A DNA stretch of 64,000 nt from Octopus vulgaris (Eukaryota), in contig OX597816.1 in assembly GCA_951406725.2 (NCBI GenBank), forward strand, positions 157,356,001 to 157,420,000, read 5' to 3'. The stretch's first letter is position 1; every line of letters begins with the position of its first letter. Positions 1-13,210 of this stretch are shown one piece after another. The notes under the pieces are model-generated. The model saw nothing but the letters and a program-made list of their open reading frames with translations, was not told the origin of the DNA and searched no databases. Position numbers and translations under genes: made by a program.

Positions 1-1836
1 TCTGCCCTGGCACAGTTCGGGCTGAGCCTTGGCTTCCTCAGGTGGATTATCCAAATTTATGATAACATCGACTCGGTAGTTCGGGTGAACGGCTTCTTGT
101 CGAAGCCGTTCAAAATCAAACGCTCGGTTCGTCAAGGGTGTCCGCTCTCCCCGCTTTTGTACGTGATGGCTCTTGAGCCATTACTGCGAAAACTGAGCGG
201 CATCCCGAGACAGCCAGGTAATGGAAAATCAGTGTCAGCGTACGCGGATTACATCACCATCATCGTAACCGAAATGGACCACCTATGTAAAGTAGGCAAA
301 GCCATAGAGGTTTACGAGACGGTGACAGGAGCAAAAGTTAATCGCGAAAAGTCAGTCGGCTTGCAACTCGGCACCTGGAGAGGCAAGTCGATGCCTCCTG
401 ACAGCGTCGTGGGACGTTGGACGGAGGGTCCGATTAAACTGCTAGGGGTCTTGTTCGGTCCAGACCTCCAAATAGAGAAGAATTGGGGCGAGGTAACGAG
501 CAAGGTGGCTGCAGTAGCCAAGACCTGGTCTTGGCGGTGGTTTTGCCTTGAAAGGGAGGGCGGAGGTGGCCAATGTGTTTATCGCATCGGTTATCACCTA
601 CCGCCTTTCCGTCGTTCCTTGCCCTGATTCGTGGTTGATCAAGTTGGAAAGACAGCTCTTCTACTTCTTGTGGAAGGGCGGGAAACCACTTGTGAAACGC
701 TCTACTTGCTGTCAACAACCGTTAAAGGGTGGGCTAGGGATGCCTTGGCTGATGATGCGCAGACATGCGCTGAGGTTAAGACATCTGTGGCTCTACCTGG
801 ATGGTGAACGGGTGTGGTCTTCGCTAGCAAAACTGATGTTTCCCAAGTTCACTAGTTTCGGTGGATGGGAAACCTGGCTGAATCGTAGATCGAAACTTGG
901 TACTTGGTACACGGAGTGTCGCAAGGCTCTCCTGCTATTCCGTCGCTCGGGCAACGCCTGCGGTGGGGGTTCCACCACATTCTTCTATAGAGGGTTGGTA
1001 GAGGCGGAATGTGAAGATACCTTGGGGGAAACCCTGGGTCTCGACGATAATCAGCTGGCCAGTTTGTTCCGACGTACGTTCAAGCCGAGGACACTGGACA
1101 ACTTCCAGAAGTCTCTGGCATGGCAATGCTACAGAGGAGCTCTACCTGTTCGGGATAAACTCGCAAGGCACGGTGGCCAAGACAGTCCGATATGTCCAAG
1201 ATGCGGGTGGGATAGGGAAACCGTCCCGCACGCTATTGTTCATTGTCCGGACGTGTCTGAGGTGTGGGTTTATGCCGAACAGCTGTTGTCAGGTACACGA
1301 AGAGTACAGCTGTCGACTGAGTCGATTACAAAAATTGACCCACCGGATTTCCTCGTGAATGAAGGTAAGTTTCGTTTTCTCGTTGTAGTAGCAATTGCGA
1401 AAGAGGTGATATGGAAGACGAGAATGAAAGGTTTACAGTCAGGCAAGTTCATCTCCGGCCCTGGTTTGATGAATTATTTCATCTTTCACCTGAAAAGGAA
1501 GATAGGGCTGGAGAGAATATGCCTGACTAGGAGAGTGTATGAAGAACGATGGAAGGATGTAGCACGAAAGTTGCGAGTGAAAGATACAACATAAATGTAA
1601 TATCAAGCGCAACCAAAAGTATCAGTGGGGAGGCGGGGCTCGTGGGATCCGAGCTAAACCCGCACCCACTCCACCCGTAATGTCTTCCGGTCTGTCCCAT
1701 CATTCGATTTCTGTCCATTTATTGTAATTCATGAAAATTTTTAAATTCGATTTATTGCAAAAACCCATTCGTGTGTCTGACCCCATCATCAGATTGTATT
1801 GTCCCATCTATGTAGCCCCTTGTGGGTAATAATAAA
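1..1836 (+). mobile_element. Tx1/L1-like LINE, 3' part of ORF2 (RT, C-terminal Cys/His zinc-binding domain) plus 3' UTR; inactive
   Basis: VRQGCPLSPLLY, AYADY (YADD mutated), frameshift near 545-550, GGLGMP, CPRCG..ETVPHAIVHC, stop at 1594, tail ending gtgggtaataataaaa. Confidence 0.9.
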
Positions 1837-1837
1837 A

Positions 1838-2190
1838 CAACATGGAGGAAAGCACCTTCGAAAAGTGTCTTGGTGCGACTATGAAAGGTATCTAATCAGA
1901 GGCGGTAAATTCGCCACAATAGAAGCAAGGTTCGAGTCAACGGAGCGTGCAAGGGAGTACTCGACTCGAACTTGCAAAGTGGAAATATTTTATTTTTACC
2001 TTTATATCTGGGACGTAGGACGTCCCGGAAAAAAATTTTAAATGCCCCTCCCCACCCCGAAGTAGAGGTAGGCTGGATTGTAGCCACACTTCTATACAAG
2101 AGGGAGAACAAGATCCAATTGATCGAAATTGCAAGAGACAGGCTGTTATATATTTTGAGTATTGTTATCACTAGCGATATCAAGATATAA
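1838..2190 (+). mobile_element. Probable LINE ORF1-like fragment abutting the Tx1 3' end
   Basis: Frameshifted coding-like stretch (RGGKFATIEARFES..LPLYLGRRTSR..EVEVGWIVA). Family assignment is inference. Confidence 0.4.
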
Positions 2191-2527
2191 GTTTGTATTT
2201 TGTATTTTATGTGTAGATGTATATATATATAGATGTACATGTAATATGTACACATATATATACACATATATACATGCACTAGCACTATGACCCGGCAACG
2301 ACCGGTCTTTAATGCTAGTAGAATATAAAACAATGTAGTTGCAGTTCCATTATTCGAGCAAAGAAGTATAGAAGTTGTAAAAAATGTTTCCTGTACGTAG
2401 TATGTAATTCCAAAAGTAGTTTATGTTTAGTCATTTCTAATTGGATATTAAAAATTAAAATGGAAATAAAGGAAAGTTAAGTAGGGTTATTGGGGATTAC
2501 CTAGGGGTTGTTGTGGATATATGCTGC

Positions 2528-5500
2528 ATTTATTTTTTTTATTTTTTATTCTATTTTATTTTATCTAGTTTCAGCTCACGAGATGTGGCCGTGCTGGGGC
2601 ACCGCCATTTGATGTTGATACATGATTTTACTTCACGAATGCTTTTTAGCAATTGCCATTTGGTGCATGAGAGAGTTCGATGCAGCTGCCCTCATCTGCA
2701 CCTCCTGCCGTGAAGTTGGTTCATCTGGGACACCAGACAGGAAGAGATCCAATTTTATTTTAAAGACATCTGCATCAACCCTATGCAGGTCTCTCAGGTT
2801 CTTCGGAAGGATATTGAAGAGCTGTGGGCCTCGGAAGCCCAGGCTATCACAGTATCTTGTCCTACATCTTGATGGCAAATTTGGAGTCCTTGGCACTATG
2901 CAGTGGCGCCCAGTTCTAGCATTTGTGTAACTCTCGATGCCAAGGTTTGGGACACGTCCTTCTAGGATCTTCCAGATGTATATTATGGCATATCTTTCTC
3001 GCCTACGCTCTAAGGAATAGAGTCTTAATCTCTTAAGTCTTTCACAGTAGCTTATATGCTGCACAGAGGCTATCTTCTTCGTGTAGCTTTGTTGGATCGC
3101 TTCAAGTTCTGTGATTAACTTGACACTGGATGGTGACCATAGCTGAGAGCAATAGTCAAAGTGGCTTAGGACAAGTGTCCTCCAGAGGACCATCATGGTT
3201 TCTTGTTCTCTTGTTCTAAAGGTTCTAAGAATCCATCCGGTCAGCTGCCTACATTTCATTGCCAATTTAGCAACATGCACATGAAAGGTTGCATCATCAC
3301 TCATGTAAATACCCAGGTCACGCACTGATTGTGCCTCTGGGATTGCAATCCCTCCAGGTCCAGTGTATTTATTGGGTATTGCATTTAGGTTTGCATGCTG
3401 ATAGCATAAAGCTTGAAACTTTTCAGCATTGAACTGCATGCTATTCTTTTCAGCCCACTTGTATATTTTGTCCAGCTCACATTGCAGGTGCTTAGTGACT
3501 TCAGGGTTCTGTAATGCCTGTGAAACTTTTGTATCATCTGCATAACTTGTGATCGTGGCTGAGGGCATGTCTTAGAGGGCCATTATGAACAGTAGTGGTC
3601 CCAAAACAGTGCCTTGCGGAACACCGCTCACTATTTGCGTGTTGATGGCGTGTTGGCTACTACCACCTGGCTTCTATCCTTTTAGAAAGTCATGAAGCCA
3701 TTCTCCCAATTTTCTAACTATGCCAAGATCACGCAGTTTGTGACATATCATTCCATGATCGACTTTATCAAAGGCCTTTGCAAAGCCGAGATATATGACT
3801 TCCACATTTGAGTGGTTGAGCGGTCGTTTCAGCACCCAGTCATAGTGTTGTAGGAGCTGAATTAAGCAGCTTCTTCCTGGTCGGAAACCATGTTGGGTGT
3901 CAGGCAGCAAGTCATTTTCTTCAAGGAAGGTGATTAGTTTTCTTCTGACTATTCGCTCCATGACCTTGCTGATGTGTGAGGTCAGGGAGATAGTTCTGTT
4001 GTTCTTGGCCTCCGCTCTGCTACCTCCTTTATGAATAGGGCATATTTTACCTTCCTTCAGTTTTCTTGGAAGTTTGCCAGTTGCAAGGAAGCTCTGAAAG
4101 AGGAACTGCAGTAGTCTTGCTAGGACTCTCTTACATACTTTTAGGAGAATTGCTGGGAATCCATCTGGGCCAGTAGCTGAGTTTGTTTTCATTTCATCTA
4201 TAGCCTTTAGTACATCGTCTTCCTTTATATTGATGTAATCAATCATCGCTGCCTCTGATTTTATAACTGCAGTGGTAAAGAAGTCAGTGGGTTGCTGACT
4301 TGAAAATGCCCTAGGGGTGGAGTGAAAATACTCTTGAATTGCTCATTTAGTATTTCACTTATCCTCATTGGATTTCCTGTGAGTGTGCCACCCTTTTCAA
4401 GGAGTGGCCCTATCCTACAGTGCACCGTAGCCGTTTCTTTGGCATACCTGTATAAAGCTCTGGGGTTAGATTTTATGTTGTCTATAGCCCAGGCTTCTTT
4501 GTCTGCTCTTTCTTTTCATGGGAGAGTTGCAGACATTTTTCAATTTCCAACAGTTTTATTTTTCAGGCGGGACTTTTCACTGCTTTCAATTTGTTTGTTT
4601 AGGCGATATGAAACTTTTGTACGCCGTCTCATTAGAATTTTCCTCTCTCTGGGGATTTTGTTCCTGTGTACAGTGGCCTTTCTCTCTGGGACACACTTGT
4701 AGCATATGGCTTGCATTACAGACATGAATTGTTGACGTTTCACGTCGATGTCTGGCGAGGAGAGACATTCAGGCCAGTTTTGTTTGAGGATCTCTTTCTC
4801 AATTTGTTTCCAGTTTGCCTTATGGAAGTTCAAGCAGGAAAGATTCCGAGAGTTTCTTGTAGGCTGCATGTCCATGCTTTCCTTTGGCCCGTACATGGTC
4901 AGCTCTGCCACATTGTGATCCGAGAGTAGTGTCGGTGTCACTTTCACAGCTGCCCTTTTAATAACATGTTGGCGGTTTGTAGCACGCACCACATCTGCGT
5001 ACCTCCGTTTTGGGGCAGGTGGTGCGTGGTCCATTCCTTTTCCTTTTGATAGTTGGTTTCTGCCCTGTTTCATGTTTATGTGGCAGGGTCTTTGGTGTGC
5101 AAAACGGCAGCCTGCACCTTCCTCTCCATGCCAGCAGACATCTTTCAGGTAGAATTTACACATTCGTGTGCGCTGTCTCTTTCTATCCTTTTTGGTATAT
5201 GGATAGTCAGGTTTGCTTCTATTCTTGGCTGTTTCATCTTTTGGTTTTGTTTGACTTTTATTTTTTCCTTCTTTGGCTGTTTCATCTTTTGTTTTTCTTT
5301 TAGTTTTCCTCCTTTTACTTCTTTTTTTGCTCTTTCATCACCATGGTTTTGGCTTTTGGTGCTGGTAGGAGCACTTGCACTTGGGTTTACTTCCCGGGAA
5401 GGTTCCTCACTTGAATCTTCTTTGTTGTCCTGGGTGTCTATCAAGTGAGGGTGACATCTTTCATCAGCACCCGTGCCATCTTTACTTTGTTCGTTGTCAA

Positions 5501-5760
5501 AGATGGCATCAAGCGTGCCGATGTGGGATCTTAGGAGTGCACAGGAGCGTATAAACTCCTGCTTCTTTCGCTCTATCTGTGCTAACGTCCTTGTGTATCC
5601 ACTGTTCTTCAGAGCAGCTGTAATTATGTTGCTCGGATCATTGTCGGCGAATTGCCACGCTCTCAGGAACAACGCCAATTCCATGCTCCTCCAGGTTCTA
5701 GACATTTTTGGATATTTTATTTATTTATCTATCTAATTATATCTAAAATTTAATAGTGTG
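2528..5760 (-). mobile_element. CR1/Jockey-group LINE, near full length with internal deletion; ORF1 with CCCH zinc finger and disrupted ORF2
   Basis: ORF1 5145-5705; CKFYLKDVCWHG..CRFAH; SDH; GPDG, PIHKGG, QHGFRPGRSC, FAKAFDKVDH, YADD, SLERRR; 3' stem-loop and A-rich tail at 2528-2610. Confidence 0.92.
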
Positions 5761-5859
5761 ATAGAGGGTACAGAAGAAATAGAGAAAGAAAGTGTCTATG
5801 TATTTAGAGAGATTGAGAGCTGAGAGAAGATAAGAAGAGAGTAAGAGAGAATGAGAGGA

Positions 5860-6840
<981 letters not shown>

Positions 6841-7299
6841 CAGAGAATAGGGCCTTACATTGATTTACGGGAAATTAAACAAATGAAAAAGGGTTCTTAT
6901 CTTATAAGAGGTAGAAGTCCCAAAATCGTCTCCCTATACGAAGAGGTTTTCTTTCAAAAACGAAAAGAAAAACGGTTCTTTTTGCTTGTTACAGCCGATT
7001 GGGAATAAACTTAAGAGATGTCACCACGTGCTTTTTTCAACGGGAAATCTGGCGTGCGTAATTAACTTTAGTGTATTACATTTGGCTTGAAGCGAAATAT
7101 ATTACGGTTTTTAACTAATATATCCTAGTAGACCGCTATGAGATAGCAAGTTAGCAAGTTCTACGTTTTTTATCAGTTTTCGCCGATTATTTCGTCGATT
7201 TATGCAAACCTTTTTGGGGTTTTTTTATCACAGAGCAAAGCAACACGTCTCTACCCTACGAAAACCGGAAGTGTATGGCTATTTAGATTGCATTTAGTT

Positions 7300-7760
7300 T
7301 GTGGTAAAATTTGAAGGTATGAAAAAAGCGGTGGTTGCATGTACTTAGGGTCTCATATTTATTTAGTAGTGTCGAGTTGTGTTTTAATATGTCGAATGCC
7401 TCTTTTAGACATAACTTACAGGCTAGGAGCTGACCTTGCTATGGAAGCCCTGAATCTATTATGGACGATAACAAAATGTAGAGAATATTTCTATTTTTGA
7501 GATGATGTATATGACTTCCGACCGTTCTGGATTTACTCTGTTTCTCGCATCTAAAAGAATTGAGGTGAGCGGCATATAGCAGTAGAATTGTGTAATGTAT
7601 TGAGGACAGTGCATTTCTAAATTACATTAGATCTTCTGCAATGGGTTTGTAGAGGACAGATGGAGCTAGGACGGCAGTTATAAAAGGATGTATTTTGGGG
7701 ATTATTTTCCGGAATGGAAGAGGTAATACTGTCAGAGGAGAGGTTAGAGATGGGGGTAGA
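7300..7760 (-). mobile_element. Decayed Penelope-like GIY-YIG endonuclease remnant
   Basis: Minus strand reads ..CRPSSICPLQTHCRRSNVI*KCTV, resembling the PLE CnCR..CPL..C....VIY motif. Confidence 0.45.
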
Positions 7761-7912
7761 AAGGTTTAAGTTATTAGTGTTGTTATTAGTATTATCGTTA
7801 TTATTGCTATCGTTGTTAATAACTCAATCTGTAACTGTGGTGGAAGTCGGGGTAGTATTCTGGATAGTGTTAGTAGGATAACACACACACACATACACAC
7901 ACATACATATAC

Positions 7913-7967
<55 letters not shown>

Positions 7968-8182
7968 TGTCTTAGTGTGGAGGTGTTATGTGTGTATTTG
8001 GATATATATATGCATGCATTCATATATATTTTTATGTGTGTAGTAGCATAAGTACGAGGTGTTACAAATGATCAATTATACATAAATCTACAGACGTACT
8101 GAAATAATTATATAAACCAGACAAACCAATTATACGATAAAATTCTTAAAATATTTTTAGTTGAAAATATATTTTGTCTTAC

Positions 8183-8397
8183 CGAATCCAACAGCAAAAC
8201 ATTTCGTATAACGGGGCATGCGGTGTTCTGGCAAACAAGCTGGCTGTACAGAACGTGACATTTTAATTTCGTTCTTCACTCGCAGAATTGCAAGACCATG
8301 TTCATTTGATTTCAAGATTTTATCCACATCGTATTCATCTCCACTACTTTGCCTAGTCGATCCAGTTTTTATATGTAAATTCTCAGGTTGCCGATAA
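8183..8397 (-). CDS. Host gene exon: middle of the trypsin-like domain, catalytic Asp absent
   Basis: ttctcatag/gtaaga borders, 215 nt, phase 2-1. ..VDKILKSNEHGLAILRVKNEIKMSRSVQPACLP..KCFAVGFG. Confidence 0.9.
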
Positions 8398-8602
8398 CTA
8401 TGAGAAAGAAAGATTTTATTAGTCGTCGTCATCATCATCATCATCATCACCATAATCATTATAATCGGTTTTCAATGCTAGATGGAATAAATGTTTCTGT
8501 TGTATAGAATATCATCATATGACTTCGTCTAACACCTGAGGTTTGCTCCCAATTCTCATGGACTTACTCACCTTTGTTCTATATTTACTGTCCCTTCAAT
8601 CT

Positions 8603-9136
8603 TTATTCAACGCAGCGATCGTTTCGAGCTGTCCGTTAAGTGTAGGCTACTGTGCATCTAGTTGTGTTGTATCAAGCAGTGCATTCAGTGTCACTTCAGG
8701 CGTTTGATATAAAAGGATATCCTACTACAGATGTTGAGTTCCTCCAGGCGTGATATACTCTCTCGTAGTATGCGTGTGCACTGATAGAGAGTAGAATAAT
8801 TCTGGGTTTATAGCCAGCAATTGGAGCTGGATATGTAACATACATTAAAATATTTTATATGTTTTATGTCTTATTTTATTTCAATTTATGTTATATAGCC
8901 AGACCCATTTGCTGGTTGTAATCCCAGAATTATTCTACTCTCAGTAAGTCCCACACGCATGCTACGAGAGTACAACTTTCCTGGAGGAAATAAGTATATG
9001 TAGTAAAATATCTTTTTATATCAAACACCTGAAGCGATACCCACTGCATTGGTTGATGCAACACAGCTAGATGCACAATATACTACCCTTAAGGGACAGC
9101 TGCAGGATGGGTCGAAATGATTGTCGCGTTAAATAA
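8603..9136. repeat. Diverged inverted repeat (arms 8603-8842 and 8887-9136) with decayed hammerhead motifs
   Basis: Arm matches include gagtagaataattctggg / cccagaattattctactc and tgtgcatctagttgtgttg / caacacagctagatgcaca. Confidence 0.85.
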
Positions 9137-9384
9137 TGATGCGTACCAAATCCATTTTCCGTTTCCTTCATCAATTATAAGCAATCCCAATAATCCAAAA
9201 TTCCTGACGTAGATCTAGTGAAAATTATATCGTAACTGTAGATGATATTATGTAGACCAAACGGCGGATATGCTTTAATCAGCATAATAATAGACATATA
9301 TCCCAAGTCCAAATAAATTCTCAGTGTTCGTTGGGTATTTGATTAACGAGAGATGGAAGATGGAAGATACGAGAATCTTTATTG

Positions 9385-9490
9385 ATAACTACAATTGTTT
9401 CGACACATCTAGTATTGATCCCTCATGGGTGGGATACCTACCATCGGGTTTAGATTTATCGATCGGTGTAGATGTGTCTCCTCATGTGAT
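9385..9490 (-). ncRNA. Type I hammerhead ribozyme motif, PLE-type, with C3>A core change
   Basis: atcac-ATGAGGA-gacacatcta..tagatgtgtc-GAAA-caattg-TA-gttat, followed by caataaa. Confidence 0.7.
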
Positions 9491-10044
9491 TTCAAGAGGT
9501 GTCTCGTTAAAATAAACTCTGTTTCCGAAGATATTGTCTCGGTCTTTGTATATACAAATGGCAACTGAAGGTATACAGTTCCACTCTTATAGAAGATCCA
9601 TAACAAATATTAGATACAAATACAAAGAGAAACAAATACACAATAGAGTAACAAATGTATTAGATATAATCATTTGTAGATACGGACGCATAAACGCCCC
9701 CACATGCGATATATGTATATATGTGTGTTTGTGTGTATATGTGAGTGTGCGTGCGTGCATGTGTGTTTGCGTGTGCCTGTGTGTTTGTGTGTGTGTATGT
9801 ATGTGTGTATTAGGTGTAGAGCAATTCCAAAAGACTATTATATTATGTAAGCAGCGTATGAAGAAGACGCAGCAGGAATGTTGTTTGAGCATTTGAAAAA
9901 ACCATGACGTGCTACACTTTTAAATAAATTCTAATGTAAATACAAGACCAGAAATTTGGAAACGCAGTCGATTATATTGACCTCAGTACTTGAAAAGCAC
10001 TATGTTTTAGAGAGCACAGATGGTTGAAAAGTAACGGTGATCTT

Positions 10045-10276
10045 ATTTTTTTACTGCCCACAAAGGGCTACACACAGAGGGGACAAACAAGGACAGACAA
10101 AGGGATTAAGTCGATTACATCGACTCCAGTGCGTAACTGGTACTTATTATATCGACCCCGAAAGGATGAAAGGCAAAGTCGACCTCGGCGGAATTTAAAC
10201 TCAGAACGTAGCGGCAGACGAAATACCGCTAAGCATATCGCCCGTCGTGCTAACGTTTGTGCCAGCTCACCGCCTT
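10045..10276 (-). mobile_element. tRNA-derived SINE with target-site duplication, nested in an older SINE remnant
   Basis: Head ggcggtgagctggc, B-box-like gagtttaaattcc. TSD aagtaa(c/a)ggtgatctt at 10029-10044 and 10277-10292. Confidence 0.85.
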
Positions 10277-10510
10277 AAGTAAAGGTGATCTTGGCAGGAT
10301 ATGAAATCAGAAGGCAGAGCTGCAGCGAGTAAAATAAAACATTTTGACAAGACAGTTTTTACCAGTCAATTGATCGTGTATTGTTAAGTAAAAAGATAAA
10401 TAATAGTTCGTAGTTCATGAGATTAAAGTAGCAAGACAAGGCAGCGCGAATATCCATTATAAACGTATATAGACAGGAGATAATGTCATCAAAACATTGA
10501 AAATACTTAC

Positions 10511-10685
10511 TTTAAACTTGAAGCAGAGGTAAGTACATGGTACTTGTCTATTATTACACCAAGGCATAAATAATAGTAAGGATTATGAACCGCCACAGAC
10601 CAGGGCCATTCTCCATCCAAAGCTAATTGTCCACCATTGCTCATTACACTGGATTCATTAAAGCTTATCATTCGAGTTCCACATT
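10511..10685 (-). CDS. Host gene exon: activation segment and N-terminal part of a trypsin-like (S1A) domain, catalytic His absent
   Basis: tttcag/gtaagt borders, 175 nt, phase 1-2. CGTRMISFNESSVMSNGGQLALDGEWPWSVAVHNPYYYLCLGVIIDKYHVLTSASSL. Confidence 0.92.
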
Positions 10686-11787
10686 CTGAAATAATGAAAA
10701 AAAGTTAAATAAACAAAGAAATAATGTAAAACAAAATATTTCAAATTTTTCCACAAAAGACAGTAATTATAAATGTGTTTTAAAAAACAAGTTTTAAGAA
10801 CTACCTATTTGAAGTAGATTGAAGAATTCTAAAGCATTGAAAAATTGCACGAATTATTTTAAAAGCTGATTGAGATTTTTTCTCTTCTTTGCATGAAAAT
10901 TGAATTGTAATTGGCATCTAGACACAGTCATCATGACAAAGGAGACTAAGGGACCTTATATAAATATGTAGCCTAAATATAATTACATGCTTAATCTTTA
11001 GATTCATTTGACAATCCTATTTCTTAAATCATTCGGTGTACCATCTATCATACATTTTGGATTACGTCACACGCTCAAACATAACATCCAGAATAATTTA
11101 CTGCTAACTTATCACCTGTAATATCGATCACTTGCCTATTCTCCGCTACCACACTTGTTACGAATGTACATCTGCAAATTGTTAGCTATGATTTCTAGCA
11201 GAGATCGTCCTCGTCCAAATTACCTACTCTGCCTAAACCTCACTAATTGTCTATAAAAATGTTTTGTCACATGTGGAAGGATCCTGGACCCTCCACCACC
11301 ACGTGAATGAAAGTGAACTAACGAATTTGAATAAAGGACAACTGTGTGAATTGTCAGGGTATTTGACACTGTTGGTCGTGCGATGTGTGTTGGTTTAATA
11401 TCGTACCTACATTCAAGTTGTACAGAGTGCGCTCTGTGTGAACATAATAATTCTGTAGTAGATTATTTTAGATACAACATCCAAATATTTATTTGGGTAA
11501 CACTGTTTTACATCCGACGTGTACAAGCACGTCATATAAGTCACCATACTACTTTCCACATCTACATATAGGACTTTTTTCTTGTCTCACATTTCTTATT
11601 CAAAGGATCTGATTTTTACATATCATATAAGTTTTTATAAATTTTTCTTGCTCGTGTTTCTCGAATGAATTTGGCTTAACAGGACAATTTCCTCGAAGAA
11701 AGATATGAATATCTTTCTTCACCCTTTCTATAAATGTTAGACATTACACTCATTAAATGAAATTAGATTTAATGAAATTCAACTTAC

Positions 11788-11825
11788 GTTGTTCACTACA
11801 ATCCAACTTCGCGATGTTGCATTGG
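11788..11825 (-). CDS. Host gene 38-nt small exon: end of SRCR (C..A.L.C)
   Basis: ttctaacag/gtaagt borders, phase 2-1. SQCNIAKLDCSEQ. Needed to restore phase into the protease exon. Confidence 0.8.
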
Positions 11826-13210
11826 CTGTTAGAAAAGAGCAGAAGTTTTATTAATGCATTTATCATTGTTACAATCTTATCAGTATGATGTCACTATGTA
11901 TCATAATAAGAGAGAAGTAGCCTGCAAAATTGATGACAAACTGAATAACAAGGAAGAAGAGTTGTGATTCATAGTCAACAAAACATGGCGAAGTTGAATC
12001 AACACTTAAAACTTTTCAATCAGGAGGAAAATCCTATTTGTCTCACTCAATAGGCTGTTGGACTAAAAACTGAAGGTCGGCAGTTGTTTCCTTTCAATAA
12101 AACTGCACAGTCAATAACCAAGATGCTTTACTGTCGATAATACATTCGATCTGAGGTAGAATTGCTTAGTTTTGCAACCAGTGCTAGTGCTGTAAAATTG
12201 GTGATTCTCTTGACTTGTTAAAGGTATTCATCCTGTTTTGACTCTGATAGTAGTGCTAATATGACCTGTTCTAAAATTTATGAACATCGTTTTAAAAAAG
12301 ACACAAACATAAATGTATCTGCGATTGCGTTAGTTTACCTTACTTGAAATGGGCTGAGTGTTTTGTAGAAACAAAACACCCATTTAGTTAAGATACTGAA
12401 TTATCTGCTCATAGATTAAAAGATCAAATCTGCTGCAGTTTATTTGTAATGCACATAACTGCCAGATAGTAGGTACTCAGAATACATCACTAAAACAGAA
12501 CTAAGTCAAGGATAGGTAAGTGAGAACAATACTTATAATACTCTGAAATTTCATTTAGGAAACTTTTATCTATCGTTTGCCGCATATTATGAAGTTCCAG
12601 CTCTCAGAATGCATTTTGTTACCAGAGAGATTTTCAATATTGTGTATATTATGCATAAATAAAGCTCAGTGCCACAAGCAGCAGAAGTAATTAATACATA
12701 ACTCATGATTGTTTTATAAACCAGTGGAAATGAATACGAATCTACTAACAGTAATGGGTTACCATTTACTCAGTGGCACTACTTGAACTGACTTCCACCC
12801 TCCCTCAAACGAGGAATAAATATAAATGTAGCAAGAAGACCAAACGATTGGTAATTTTTGTACAAGTACTGGAAAATGCTTTGAGGTATTTACTTAAACC
12901 CTTTCCCAATCTGCATTCAAGACCTGTTGACTATATATTTTGTTTTTGTTTGTCGTTTTTACATTTCTGTGATCAGTTACATCAGTTAGCAGGCAAATAC
13001 TTGAATCAGTATAATTGAATAGGCATCATCTTTGAATTATAAAACTTTCTACCAAAAATAAACATTCAGGAAATCAAGACGATATCTCAGACTACATTCC
13101 AAGCCATTATTATTTCACTTTGTCACTGTGGAAAACCGGGCATCATATCACATAACATACCATAACATGACATAAAAGAGTAATAACATGAAGAAATGTA
13201 TAATATTTAC

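Noticed and set aside
8157-8182. Read-through GKTKYIFN* as the true C-terminus of the host gene
   Set aside because: A strong G|gtaaga donor sits at 8182 and the domain is incomplete. Further exons probably lie beyond the window start, though I found none in 1-8150.
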